NCBI RefSeq assembly: GCF_018350175.1
Contig: NC_058368.1
Span: 221,900,001 to 221,964,000 of the forward strand
Direction: 5' to 3'
DNA: 64,000 bases
Origin: Felis catus
Taxonomy: Eukaryota
Shown here: positions 35,472 to 49,388 of the stretch, piece after piece
How positions within the stretch are numbered: the first letter of the stretch is position 1
Layout of the letters: the number at the start of each line of letters is the position of its first letter
Notes under the pieces: model-generated
Databases searched by the model: none
Told to the model about the DNA's origin: nothing
Seen by the model: the letters and a program-made list of their open reading frames with translations, nothing else
Made by a program: the position numbers and the translations under genes

Positions 35472-35872
35472 TGTTAGCTTAAATAAGGAAGTAAACTGAG
35501 GCAATCTCATATTGGAAATTGATTTATCTTGGAATAGCAGAATTGCAATTCAGGATAAGCATGCCATAGCAAGCTACAGGCAAGTTCGTTGAGGGTTTGG
35601 AGAGGGTTGTATTTATTGGCAAATAGTGTAAAGATACAGAAGGCCAGCCAGAGTCCAAGCAGGAAATTCACTGCCTTGAGGATGGGGAGAAATTCTTAGC
35701 AGAGGTCAGGAGACCTTAGCATTGGTCAGGAGATAAGCCTCAGTTTTCTGTAAATGATGAATTTAGGAGAAATCAGTCTGTCAGTTCTTAAGTTCTGTTC
35801 TTCTGAAGGCACATGCATGAAATTCCCCATTTCATATTTTCAGGTTCCATTTTAAATTGAAATCTGTTCACG
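35472..35872 (-). mobile_element. Probable ERV1-class solo LTR (MER31/MER67-like)
   Basis: About 400 bp; begins tgtt and ends ttcac(g); possible 4-bp TSD agtt/ggtt; aactgaggcaatctc...gatttat resembles antisense ERV1 LTR 3' ends. Confidence 0.45.
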
Positions 35873-35944
35873 GGTTATAAATGTCACACTTCCAAAAGCT
35901 GGATTTGTATGTGCAAAAAAAGGTGGTGCTATATTGTTGAAACA

Positions 35945-36050
35945 ATAGTGATGCTGATTCAGGAGTTCTGTGTTTAGGCTTATTCATGCGTATTTTTAAG
36001 ATGTTCTGCAAGTGATTCTTATTCACCAAGAATACTGAGAAGCACTGTAG
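35945..36050. mobile_element. MER5-like hAT fragment
   Basis: gcgtatttttaagatgttctgcaagtgattcttattcaccaagaatactgagaagcactg. Confidence 0.55.
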
Positions 36051-36526
36051 CCTGGGAAGATGGAAACCACCCAAATAACATAAATGCTCATTCATTCATC
36101 ATGACTGTTTCAGGGGGAAAACAAAATATCCTCTTCCTCAAACTATACGGTTCAGCACCAAAGGACAATGGTTCAAATGGTTACCAAAGTTACCTTAGAA
36201 TTTTTTTGGAACACCTAAAGTCTGATAATTATCCCACAAGATGCTAAGCTCAATAAGTTTCAGCTCCACCTAGAAACTTACTCATGACTGTCTGGAATCT
36301 TATCATAGATTTTATTTTGCTAGGCATTCTGTATGACCATACTTAGGGTAATGAAAACTCCTCACTAACTTTGTGACCTAAGTATTCACAGGATCCACTC
36401 GTCCACACTTCCTTTCTCAAATGTTTCCACTCTTTCCTCTGACATCTTGGTAATGGGATAAATATGTGATTTCTTTCATCTAGTGCTTCCTTCTGAATAT
36501 CCTGGGAACTCTAAAATGAAGAAGCC

Positions 36527-36889
36527 TCTGATAGACGGAATGTTTATATCTCTAAAAATTCATATGTTGAAATCCTAACCCTCTGTGTGATGGTATGAGG
36601 AAGTGAGGACTTTGGAGGATCATTAGGTCATGAGTGTGGAACCCTCATGAATGGGATAAGTGCCGTTATAGACGGAAACCCAGAGAGTTCTCTCTCCTCT
36701 TCCACCATATTGAAGACACAACCAGAAGTTAGCAATCTGCAACCCAGAAGAAAGCTCTTACTAAAATGTGACCATACTGGCACCCTAATCTCAGACTTGC
36801 AGCATCTACAACTGAGAAATAAATTTCTGTTGTTTACAAGCCTCCTCATCAGTGGTATTCTGTTATAACAGTCCAATTTGACTAAGATA
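36527..36889 (+). mobile_element. MLT1A/MLT1A0 solo LTR
   Basis: aaaattcatatgttgaaatcctaaccc...gagaaataaatttctgttgtttacaagcc...gactaagata; 5-bp TSD aagcc/gagcc. Confidence 0.9.
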
Positions 36890-38782
36890 GAGCCTACAGA
36901 GAATAGGCTGATATTGTCCAAGGGCAGTCACTCTTGAAGGATCTCACTAGCACTCCGTAGAAGGAGAATTATTGTAAGTACTATGTGTAAGCCATACGTG
37001 TCAGAGGTCCATCTGACACTCTTACAAGTACTTCTTTAGTGCCCACATGTTCCCAGACTCTGGAGAAGAGTGGTGGTCAGTTTCTAAGCAAGTTACTAGA
37101 GAAGGGCATTTCAGGAGAGGGTGAAAGTATAAGGCTTGGATACCACCCATGCAGAATAAACAGTAAGTGTGCTTAGAGTAGATTCCAGTGGATGTCAACA
37201 CCACAGGAAGGTACACAGACATGTAAAATCAGTTGAAGGAGTAAAATTCTGAATAAGAAACTGAACTTGAGCATGAGCATTCTAGGTCAAGCATTTTTTG
37301 GAGGAGTACACGTGAGCCCAAGACCCACAAAGTTCGTAAGTCAGCAGGATTTAGTGGTTTCACATGTACTTACAGCAACAACAAATTGTCATATAACATG
37401 CTAAAATGTCTAGTTAATTAGAGCAAAAAACATAACTTTCTGGTAGATGGGCTCTTGTAAGATGGGCATAGCTAAGCTTTACTGGCCTAAGTAAAAATTT
37501 GGTAAGAATGAGAAATAATAACGTTTCTTTTTGGGGTTTAACAGTTTTAATTTAAACACATTATTATGAAAAACTTAAAAAATTCTTTGTGTTATGTTGT
37601 TTGGCCCTTTTTTAAAATCATTTAAATCTAAAGTAACAAGGCCAAGTATTCTCTTGTGATTAAGCCAAGACCCTCAGGATCCAACACAAATCCTTCAACT
37701 CTCTCCAGGGCTTCTGACAAGATGGTCAGGCTGTCTTCAGACAGTCTGTTCATATTGGCTAAAGGGAAACACACCAGCTTTGGATTGAGGAGTGGGCTTA
37801 AAGAAACCACAAATGGGAAAAAAATGAAACATGAGAACAGTCCCAGTTAGAAGGGGGGTATGCACAGGTGGAAAGATAAAGTTACCCTTTGTTATTTCCA
37901 GTTACCTTTGTCCAGGATATGTTGGTATCATTTCTGAGTAATAAAGGATTTTAGGTAGAGGGAAAGACATGTGAGACAGAAGGACAAAGCAAAACCCTAA
38001 AGTCTTAGGTGGTTTAAGGTGTAATTTGTTCTATCACCTGATTCTAGGTTTTGTCATTGTTGCAAATACAATATTAAACACTGCTTAAATTACATTTACA
38101 ATATTTGAAACGATTCCAGACACATTTTTGTCACCTTTATAACCCCTGAGGTTTTCAGTGGAGGAAATATAAGGCATTAGTTAGCACTAATGGAGAACTC
38201 TTTTGAGTGGAGACGTGAAGACACGTGCATTTTGTTAACCAGCATGGTTAGACATTATTTAAAAGTTAAGTAATACTTCAATCAAATGTTAATAGAATAA
38301 AGAAAGCTATACATTATCACCATAGAAGATTACATATATACACATACTCACTTTTACTCACAAGGCTCATGTTGTGTATACAGGCCTTGAATTGTTGACT
38401 TTGGAAACTTCCTTAGCATGGCTCCTAATTTCTGTGACCCTTTACCCATGTAGATCTTATATATCTGCTAACTCTAATTAACGTTAAAACAAGAGTATTA
38501 TTGATTGCATCTCACGTATAATTTAGTATCTGGCATACGGTAGGTAAAACATGTATATTTTTACATAAAAATGAGTAAACAATGTGTTTATTAGTTGAAG
38601 GATGTCTGGAAAAAACAGACACATATTTAACCCAAGTAAATTAAAGAAGAATCACACACTTTCTAATTTATACCTTATGGGAAATTTTGTATATGCATGG
38701 CAAAACAAAAAGTTAAAAAACTAAACGTTGCTAAATGCTGTGTGTCTATTTTTTAATTTAATTTATATCTACCTTACAGAAT

Positions 38783-39227
38783 TTTTAATTTTTTAAAAAA
38801 AGTTTATTTATTTTGGGGCACCTGGGTGGTTCAGCCGGTTGAGCGTTCGACTTTGACTCAGGTCAAGATCTCAGGGTTCATGAGTTCGAGCCCTGGATTG
38901 GACTCTGTGCTGACAGCTCAGAGCCTGGAGCCTGCTTCGGATTCTGTGTCTCCCTCTCTCTCTGCCTCTCTCCCTCTCTCTCTGCCCCTCCCCTCCTCAA
39001 AAATAAAGTAAAACATAAAAAAAATTAAAAAAGTTTATTTTGAGAAGAAGAGACACAGAGTGAGAGCAGGGGAGTGGCAGAGACAGAAGGAGACACAGAA
39101 TCTGAAGCAGGCTTTAGGCTTTGAGATGTCAGCAAAGAGCCTGATGCAGGGCTCAAACTCACAAACCGTGAGATCATGACCTGAGCTGAAGTCGGTCGCT
39201 TAACAGACAGAGCCCCCCAGGTGCCCC
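38783..39227 (-). mobile_element. Can-SINE (outer) whose tail hosts a second SINE
   Basis: TSD taccttacagaat (38770-38782) / taccttatagaat (39228-39240). Confidence 0.93.
38815..39026 (+). mobile_element. Can-SINE (inner, nested)
   Basis: Flanked by duplicated aaaaaagtttattt. Confidence 0.95.
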
Positions 39228-40573
39228 TACCTTATAGAATATTAACAAAATATTATTTAATAATATTCAGGTTAACAAAACCTTGTGCAGTTTCTATTAA
39301 CTCCATGATGTGAGAAGGTAGGAATAAATAAAACATAGTCTCTGTGTTCAAAGCCCTGATAGGCCATGAAGGCAACAGACAATATTCAAACTATTATAAA
39401 TTTGTCACATCAAAGATACATTGATAGAGATATAAATATACACACATATAGGTGTTTATATACTCATGTAAATATATTTACTGGATAATCAAATTATATA
39501 AACTGTTGTTGGTTTCCTAATACATAATCACACACAACATAATAGAATCTAATGTCCCATGTTTGCTATTTTTATCTTTGAACTATCAGCTCTTGGATTT
39601 GTTATCTAGGAGATAACTGCTTGTGTTTTCCTTAATTTACATATATCATCATTTTCTCAAGAAGAGGCATTTTGGTTGTAAAATGATACTGATTTCATTA
39701 TCACCAGCATTTGATATATTTAAGTAATCTTTGCCTCAACATTACTAAAACCATTTTAGAATTAGGTATAATTCTAAATATTGACAGAAGTTCTCAACAT
39801 TTTGAAAATTTCTACTCACTGAAAACAACTGAATTGCCCAAAAGCATTTATATTACCTCCGTGTGATCTCAGCCTTCATGCCAACCACTTAGCGGTTTAT
39901 GATTTTTAAACAGGCACTCCATTCCATGTAGACACTTTGATTTGTTTTTCCTTTCTTATTGACTGTTTAAAATTAAAAAAAAAAAGTTCAGTGCTTTGGC
40001 TCTGCCTTGCTGACAAATTATAGATACTTAAGAGGCAGCATTCATACAACATAATGATAATATTCTATTTTTATGGAGATGACATTCCTAATTTATGTAA
40101 AAAAATGTCTTATTTTAATGCTTTTTCCAGTAGTCGGTTTGTGTGGCAGCAAAAGTTTCCCCACCACTTTACCAGTTTCCTTTGTAAGTGTATAAACAAA
40201 ATAAATTTGGAACGTAAACCTGTGCCTGTGAAGAACTTTGTCTGTCTTAATATTGATCTGTCTTACACACAGATTAAACTCAATTTGGGCAGTAATATAT
40301 TTTATGGAATTCACTTGTGATAGTATCATTGTCTTAAGAACCATTTCGTCAGTATATCTGGTTTTTTTTTAGGACTTACACATCCTAAGGATTCTCTCAG
40401 TCTCCACTTCTCCATTTGTCAGAAGATCTTAATTAAACATTTTACGTAAGCATTCACTTTATGAAGTGTGTCAGAAAGGAAGAAAGATAGAGGCAGTACA
40501 GCCAATCAGAAGGTAATTGTGATAATCCGGACAGGAAATGCCAAGATGTTTCTTATTTAAAACAGTAGAAATT

Positions 40574-40770
40574 GGGGCTCCTGGGAGGCTCAGTCAATTG
40601 AGTGTCCAACTCTTGATTTCAGCTCAGGTCAGGATCCCAGAGATAGTGGGATTGAGCCCCACATTGGGCTCTGTGCTGAGCATGGCGTCTGCTTAAGAGT
40701 CTCTCTCTCATTCCCTCTGCTCCTTTCCCCCACTCATGTTCTTTGTCTAGAATTAAAAAAATAAATAAAT
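40574..40770 (+). mobile_element. Older Can-SINE (SINEC_b/c-like)
   Basis: ggggctcctgggaggctcagtc...actcttgatttcagctcaggtc head; degenerate TSD. Confidence 0.93.
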
Positions 40771-40781
40771 AAACAGAAGAG

Positions 40782-41330
40782 ATTCATTCAACAAAAACTT
40801 ATCCACTGCCTGTATGCTGAGTACTGCTCTCAGTTTTGAGGATCCCCAAGTTGAATACAAACAGAAAGCATAAAAAGGCAATTGCTATTTTCAGACTGCT
40901 TACTTTCCAGTAAAAGTTTATACAGAAAACATGTAACAAGTTAGTTATACAATATATTAGGAGCTGATTAGTGCTGGAGGGGAAAAGAAAACGTGAGGAA
41001 GAGATTTACAATACTCAAAAGTCTAGTCAAAGATAGTGACCTTAGAAGGAGGTAAGAGAGTGAACCCTACTCATACCTGAAGGGGAGGAGTAGTGTTCAG
41101 GCAGAGGGAAGTGCAAATGCCGACTTCAGAGCCGGAAACAGATCTCTGGAAAGCAAGATGGCAAAATGGCTGACACAGAGAGGAGTTAGTCAGAGGTTAG
41201 TTCAGGGAATTGGGAAAAGTGGAGAGTCAGTCTATTTTGGGTCTTGTATCTTCTGATTTGAAAGCCTTTAAATTCAATCTGGGTGAAAAGCCACTGAAGT
41301 TTGGAGCACAGACCTGAAAGGTTGGCACTG
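40782..41330 (-). mobile_element. L2 3' end fragment
   Basis: attcattcaacaaaaacttatccactgcctgtatgctgagtactg (antisense L2 tail) and caggcagagggaagtgcaaatgc. Confidence 0.7.
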
Positions 41331-42692
41331 ATGTGGTTGTTTGTACGTTAAAAAATTTACAAAATATATGAAAGTCTTGCAATGCTTTGGAAAGAGGTGA
41401 ACAGTGACCCTGAAAGCCTTTGTTCCCACTGAGGTTTCCTGGTTATCTTACCAGCAATACAGTGAAAAGATTTAGACTTCATGTTTAATATATAATAGCA
41501 ACACACAAACCATTACCTGCCACTGGAGAAGGGCTTGATCTTCCTCCTGTGGTGAAAAGCAGAAATGTCTAGAAAAGTATATGGCAATAACGTGAAGTGC
41601 AATTCTTTCTCAGCAAATACTGCTTTAAAAGTAATTGAAAATATTGCTGCAGCTTTGAAGGGAAGAGCATTAAAACAAATTAGTCTGTGTGGGTGATTTG
41701 CTCTATACCAGATGAGAGTACAGATATTTCTAAGATGAATCAGCTGAAAGTATTTGCTGGATTCTCCGTCACTAAGGAAATAAATGAAGAGTTACTTTTT
41801 CTATGGGGCTCTAAAAGAAAGATATATCAGAGACATATATAATCTCAACAGTAAATGACTTCTTCAATAAAAACTGTATTTTAGGAGAAAATTGTATACA
41901 TATAACCAGTGATTGAGTACCTACGTGGCATGAATTTTTAAAAAGAAAGATATATTGGACAAATATTGTATGCAATAAGAAGCTATTACTTTCCTACTTA
42001 GTACTAGAGACTGTCTGTATATTTTGTAAGTGAAATATATAGATATATATGACTTTTTATTTAATAAGACTCATTCTTTGGATAATATCCTATAAGCAGA
42101 CATTATATCTAAGTTTAACAAGGAAAGTCTTTTATGTTAGCTGATGGGTTTTATCATGGGTTTTAGACCATGCTATGTAAAATGTTAAAATAATAGATCT
42201 ATCACTATGCCTTGAGGGTCAGTAATTCTGACTCAGTAGGACAGATTGAGGGATAATACTGCAGAGCTAAGAATACTCTGTGGGACACCCTACATTTTTC
42301 ATTTTCTTAGATCCAGCTGGTATTGGTACAGCCTCTGTGATAGAGAAATAAAAGAATTATTTAGACATGTTCCTGAAGATGACATATGAGTACTTTGAAG
42401 GATTCCCTATGGCCACATGGAATCAAATGTGGTCATTTGAATTTTCCCTTTCAAAATAAGTATAACTTCTGTTATTCTGCATTTTTATTTTTAACAATTC
42501 ATTGATAAATATTACTTTTTTATACTATAGGAATCTGAGCTTGACTTGCTTCCTTTCTTCCTTCTTTTTCTCTTTCCTTCCTTCCCATGATCTTTTCTTT
42601 GCTCATTCCCTATCTACCTACTTCATTTTCCTTTTACTGTCCTGTCTAAAAGAAATCGTTCTAAAAAGATCCAGATGGAAATTTCTGCAGTG

Positions 42693-43161
42693 TGTGCTAG
42701 GCTGTATGACATCCCTCACCGCCTCAAAATTGCCAGCTCTGAAACATGCTAATATATTTACATTCTATACCAAAAGGGACTTGGCAGATGTGATTAAGGT
42801 AAGGATTATGAGATGAGACCATTGATATCCCAGAATATCACTGTAGACCCAATGTAGTCACAGCGGTTGTATAAGAAGGAGGCAAAAAGATCAAGTCAGA
42901 GAGAAAGAGATGTGAAGGCAGAAGCAGAGGTTAGAGCCTTCGGAGGAAGCCCCATAAACCAAAGCACACGGAAGGCCTCCAGAAGCTGGAAAAGGCAAGG
43001 AATCACATTCTTTTCTAGAACCTCCAGGAGGGACTCAATTTTGCACCAACACCTGCATTCTAAGACTTCTGACATCCAGAATTATAGCACAATAAATATG
43101 TGTTGTTTTAAGCTACAAAATTTGTGTTAACTTGTTACAGCAGCGAGAGGAAACTATTACA
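42693..43161 (+). mobile_element. MLT1C/D solo LTR
   Basis: caaaagggacttggcagatgtgattaagg...agaagctggaaaaggcaaggaa...ttgttacagcagcgagaggaaactattaca. Confidence 0.88.
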
Positions 43162-44549
43162 GATAGTTCTGGATACAGAGAAAATGCATGAAAGTTTGAG
43201 ACCTTAGTAATACCAGGACATGCTAAGAAAGTTACCATAGCTAGTGTGTTGGATGCATGCAGAAAAATAACACATTATTAGCCTTAATTTGTACATTGCT
43301 TGATCTGGCCCAGTGACTCTCCTTTGGATTCTCACACACAATTTTTACACCTTATTTTATTTAATTGGTTCTTTTTCTATACTCTCTGATCTGCCATGAA
43401 CTCACTGTGGATGAACCATGCTGTTTGCTCACTATTAAACACCCTAGCCCACAGCACAGGGCTTTAATTAAGATGTTCTTTAACGACTGAAATAACTTTA
43501 AATAGTTTGATCTTGGAGTGAGGTCAAAATATTTATACTGTATGTCAGAAGTACCAAAAATGTGCTATTTTCAATAATAAATATCTTTTTTCAGTGACAG
43601 TGAGTACATTTGATCATGTCAATGAAAAATTTATTAGGTTGTGAATTATTTGATGCTTCATGGTTTCTTACCTCTCAGGAGTCCTTTTCTTGTGATCTAC
43701 TTTTCCAAAATGGCATCAGGATCTCTGGGTTTTCTCATATCACTAGGCTAATATCTTGTTGAGGATTTTAGGAAGTGCTACACTGTCCTACGCTGGTCCC
43801 AGGACGTCTCTAAGGTCACAGAAGCAGGGATAGGTTTTTATAACAGGAAGTTTGCTTGTGGGTCATGACCAATGAATGCCTAACAATTCCCTGGTGGTGA
43901 CTCAATATAGTTGTCATGCGTGTGCCTGTGTTTCCACAACCTAATGGTGGCCTTTTCTTGTCCATGTCTATCTACTGATCCCACTTTTCCTAGTGTGGAC
44001 TTTTCTTAATCTCTTCTATTCAGCCTTCTCAGCTCCATAATCTTTGCCCCAAGGGGGCACAAGGGACAGTTTTGATAGTTTATTTGTTGGGTGTTGTCTA
44101 AGGAGAAAGAGGGGACCTATTTCAGGCCCATGTATATAAGTCCATTCCTCAGGATCAATATTCTTATGCTAAGACATCATGTTAGATAGAATTCCTGTTA
44201 GAGCAACTATAGGATTCTTTTAGAAGAGCACCATCTTTCAGCATTGTAGGGGTGAGCAAGAGAAATCAGCATTTTAGTTCTATAACCAATTGATTTTCTT
44301 TCTCTTTTCTTAATTTAATTTTATTTAAATTTACATCCAAGTTAGTTAGCATATAGTGCAACAATGATTTCAGGAGTAAATTCCTTAATGCCTCATACCC
44401 ATTTAGTCCACCCTCCCTTCTACACCCCCTCCAGTAACCCTCTGTTTGTTCTCCATATTTAAGAGTCTCTTACGTTTTGGCCCCTTCCTGTTTTTATATT
44501 ATTTTTGCTTCCATTCCCTTATGTTCATCTGTTTTGTCTCTTAAAGTCC

Positions 44550-47291
44550 TCATGTGAGTGAAATCATATGCTATTTGTATTTCTCTGACTGACTAATGTC
44601 ACTTAGCATAATACCCTCCAGTTCCATCCACAAAGCTGCAAATGGAAAGACTTCATTCTTTTTGGTTGCCGAGTAATACTCCATTGTATATATATACCAC
44701 ATAATCTTTATCCATTCATCCATCGATGGACATTTGAGCTCTTTTCATACTTTGGCTATTGTTGATAGTGCTGCTATAAACATGGGGGTGCATTTGTCCT
44801 TTCGAAACAGCACAGCTGTATCCCTTGGAAAAATGCCTAGTAGTGCCATTGCTTGGTCATAGGGTAGTTCTATTTTTAGTTTTTTGAGGAACCTCATACT
44901 GTTTTCCAGAGTGGCTGCACCAGCTTGCATTCCCACCAACAGTGCAAAAGAGATCCTCTTTCTCCGCATCCTTGCCAACATCTGTTGTTGCCTGAGTTGT
45001 TAATGTTAGCCATTCTGACAGGTGTAAGGTGGTATCTCGTTGTGGTTTTGATTTGTATTTCCCTGATGATGAGTGTTGTTGAGCATTTTTTCATGTGTCT
45101 GTTGGCCATCTGGATGTCTTCTTTAGGGAAGTGTCTAATCATGTCTTTTGCCCATTTTTTCACTGGATTATTTGTTTTTTGGGTGTTTAGTCAGTTCATT
45201 ATAGATTTTGGATACAAACCCTTATCTGATATGTCGTTTGAAAATATCTTCTCCCATCCTGTTGGTTGCCTTTTAGTTTTGCTGATTGTTTCCTTCACTG
45301 TGAAGAAGTTTTGATTTTGATGAGGACCCAGTATTTCATTTTTCCTTTGCCTCTGGAAATGTTTTGAGTTAGAAGTTGCAGTGGCCAAGATCAAAGAGGT
45401 TTTTGCCTGCTTTCTCCTCGAGGATTTTGATGGCTTCCTGTCCTACATTGAGGTCTTTCATCCATTTTGAGTTTATTTTTGTGTATGGTGTAAGAAAGTG
45501 GTCCAAGTTCATTCTTCTGCATGTCGCTGTCCAGTGTTCCCAGCACCACTTGCTGAAGAGACTATCTTTATTCCATTGCATATTATTTTCTGCTTTGTTA
45601 AAGATTAGTTGGCCATACATTTGTGGGTTCATTTCTGGGTTCTCTATTCTGTTCCATTGATCTGAGTGTCTGTTCTTGTGCCAGTACCATACTGTCTTGA
45701 TGATTACAGCTTTGTAGTGTAGCTTGAAGTCCAGGATTGTGATGCCTCCTTCTTTGGTTTTCTTTTTCAAGATTGCTTTGGCTATTCAGGGTCTTTTCTC
45801 GTTTCATACAAATTTTAGGATTACTTGTTCTAGCTCTGTGAAGCATGCTGGTGTTATTTTGATAGGGATTGCAGTGAATATGGAGATTGCTTTGGGTAGT
45901 ATCGACATTTTGACAATATTTGTTCTTCCTATTCAGGAGCATGGAATCATTTTCCATTTTTCTTGTGCCTTCTTCAATTTCTTTCATATGCTTTCTATAG
46001 TTTTCAGTGTATAGATTTTTCATCTCTTTGGTTAGATTTATTCCTAGGTATTTTACGGTTTTTGGAGCAACTGTAAATGAGACCGATTCCTTGATTTCTC
46101 TTTCTGTTACTTCATTGTTGGTGAATAGGAATGCAACCTGTTTCTGTTGCATGGATTTTATATCCTGCAACTTTGCTGAATTCATGAATCAGTTCTAGAA
46201 GTTTTTTGGTGGAATCTTTTGGGTTTTCCATATAGAGTATCATGTCATCTGTGAAGAGTGAAAGTTTGATCTCCTCCTGGCTGATTTGGATGCCTTTTAT
46301 TTCTTTGTGTTGTCTGATTGCAGAGGCTAAGTCTTCTAATACTATGTTGAATAATAGTGGCAAGAGTAGACATCCCTGTCTTGTTCCTGACCTTAGAGGG
46401 AAAGCTTTCAGGTTTTCCCCATTGAGGATGATATTAGCATTGGGTCGTTCATATATGGCTTTTATGATCTCGAGGTATGACCCTTCTATCCCTACTTTCT
46501 TGAAGGTTTTTATCAAGAAAGGATGCTGTATTTTGTCAAATGTTTTCTCTGCGTCTATTGAGAGGATCATATGATTCTTGCCCTTTGGTTTATTGATGTG
46601 ATGAATCATATTAATTGTTTTGCAGATATTGAACCAACCTGCATCCCAGGTATGAATCCCACTTGGTCGTGGTGAATATTTTTTTAAATGCATTGTTTGA
46701 TCCGGTGGGCTAATATCTTGTTGAGGATTTTAGCATCCATGTTCATCAGGGAAATTGGTATATAGTTCTCCTTTTTAGTGTGGTCTCCATCTGGTTTTGG
46801 AATCAAGGTAATGCTGGCCTCATAGAAAGAGTTTGAAAGTTTTCCTTCCATTTCTATTTTTTGGAACAGTTTCAAGAGAATATGTGTTAACTCTTCCTTA
46901 AATGTTTGGTAGGAAACACTTACCCTGGAAATTCATCTGGCCCTGGACTCTTGTGTCTGGGGAGATATTTGATTACTAACTCGATTTCTTTACTGGTTAT
47001 GGGTCTGTTCAAATTTTCTATTTCTTCCTGTTTATGTTTTGGTAGTGTATATGTTTCTAGGAATTTGTCCATTTCTTCCAGTTGCCCATTTTATTGACAT
47101 ATAATTGCTCATAATAGACTTTTATTATTGTTTTTATTTCTGCTGTGTTGGTTGTGATCTCTCCTCTTTCATTCTTGGTTTTATTTATTTGGGTGTTTTC
47201 CTTTTTCTTTTTGATCAAACTGGCTAGTGGTATATCAATTTTGTTAATTCTTTCAAAGAACCAGCTTCTGGTTTCATTGATCTGTTCTACT

Positions 47292-47327
<36 letters not shown>

Positions 47328-48376
47328 GTTTCAATAGCATTAATTTCTGCTCTAGTCTTTATTATTTCCTGCCTTCTGCTGTTTTTGGGTTTTATTTGCT
47401 GTTCTTTTTCCAGGGCTTTAAGGCATAAGGTTAGGTTGTGTATCTGAGATCTTTCTTCCTTCTCTAGGAAGACCTGGATTGCTATATACTTTCCTCTTAT
47501 GACCCACCTTTCCTGCTTCCCAGATGTTTTGTGTTGTTGTCTTATCGTTTTCATTGGCTTCCATGAACTTTTTAATTTCCTCTTTAACTTCTTGGTTACC
47601 CATTCATTCTTCAGTAGGATGGTCTTTAGTCTCCAAGTATTTGTTACCTTTCCAAATTTTTTCTTGTGGTTTATTTCGAGTTTCATAGCATTGTGGTCTG
47701 AAAATGTGCACGGTATGACTCGATCTTTTTGTGCTTGTTGAGGGATGATTTGTGTCCCAGTATGTGGTCTGTTCTGGAGAACATTCCATGTGCACTGGAG
47801 AAGAATGTATATTCTCCTGCTTTAGGATGAAATGTTCTGAATATACCTGTTAAGTCCATCTGGCCCAGTGTGTCATTCAAAGCCATTGTTTCCTTGTTGA
47901 TTTTTGATTAGATTATCTGACCATTTCTACAAGTGGGGTGTTGATGTCTGCTACTATTATGGTATTACTATTTATGAGTTTCTTTATGTTTGTGGTTAAT
48001 TGCTTTATATATTTGGGTGGTTCACATTTGGTGCATAAATATTTACAATTGTTAGGTCTTCTTGGTGAATATACCCCTTAATTATGATATAATGCCCTTC
48101 TGCATCTCTTGATACAGTCTTTATTTTAAAGTCTAGATTGTCTGATATAAGTATGGCTACTCCAGCTTTCTTTTGTTGACCATTAGCATGATGAATGATT
48201 CCCCCTCCCCTTATTTTCAATCTGAAGGTGTCTTTAGGTCTAAAGTGGGTCTCTTGTAAACAGCATATAGATGGATCTTGTTTTCTTATCCATTCTGTTA
48301 CCCTATGTCTTTTGATTGGAGCTTTTAATCCATTGACATTTAGCATGAGTAGTGAAAGATATGAATTTATTGACAT
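44550..48376 (-). pseudogene. L1 ORF2p (endonuclease / reverse transcriptase), broken by frameshifts and stops
   Basis: Fragments MSINSYLSLLMLNVNGL...[41 protein letters not shown]...[23 protein letters not shown] lie in several frames. Confidence 0.95.
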
Positions 48377-48447
48377 TATGTTGTTTATGGAGTTGGAGTT
48401 TCTGGTGGTGTTCTCTGGTCCTTTCAAATTTTTGTTGCTTTCAGTAT

Positions 48448-48482
<35 letters not shown>

Positions 48483-48502
48483 TGTTTTCATCTTTTCTCC
48501 CC

Positions 48503-49388
48503 TCAGAAAATCCTCCTTAAAATTTCTCGCAGGGCTGGTTTAGTGTTCACAAACTCCTTTAATTTTTGTCTGGGAAACTTTGTATTGGTCCTTCTATTTT
48601 GAATGACAGCCTTGCTGGATAAAGAATTCTTGGTTGCATAATTTTCTAATTCAGCACATTGAATATATCCTGCCACTCCTTTTTGGCCTGCCAAGTTTCT
48701 GTGTATAGATCTGCTGCAAACCTTATCTGTTTTCCCTTGTAGGTGAAGGACTTTTTTTCCCTTTCTGCTTTCATGATTCTCTCCTTGCCTCAGTATTTGT
48801 GAATTTGACTATGATATGCCATGTTGGTGGTAGGTTTTTGCTGAATCTAATGGGAGTCCTCTGTGCTTCCTGGATTTTGACATCTGTGTCTTTCCCCAGG
48901 TTAGGAAAGTTTTCTGCTATGATTTGTTCACAAAATCCTTCTACCCTTATTTCTCTTTCCTCTTCTTCTAGGACCCCTATGATTCTGATGTTGTTCCTTT
49001 TTAATGAGTCACTGATTTCTCTAATTCTTAAATCGTACTCTTTTTTCCATAATCTGCCTCTTTTTTTTTTTCCTGCTTCATTATTCTCCATAAGTATGTC
49101 CTCTATATTTCTGATTCTCTGTTCTGCCTCATCCATCCTTGCTGCCACGGCACCCATTCGAGATTGCAGCTCAGATATAGTATTTTTTTTTATTTCATCC
49201 TGACTAGCTTTTACTTCTTTTATCTCCACAGAAAGTGATTCTAATCTACTTTTGACTCCAGCTAGTATTCTCATTATCATGATTCTAAATTCTTGTTCAG
49301 ACTTCTTGTTTGTATCTGTGTTGGTTAAGTCCCTGGCTGTTATTTCTTCCTGCTCTTTCTTTTGGGGTGAATTCCTTCATTTCGTCAT
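48503..49388 (-). pseudogene. L1 ORF1p, disrupted
   Basis: ATG at 49388 (MTK*RNSPQKKEQEE..., TGA at codon 4); KRNNIRIIGV...ENFPNL...QEAQRTP; ends KEFVNTKPALREILRRIF*. Confidence 0.92.

Noticed and set aside
44550..49388. L1 ORF1/ORF2 as functional CDS
   Set aside because: Numerous frameshifts and premature stops; not retrotransposition competent.
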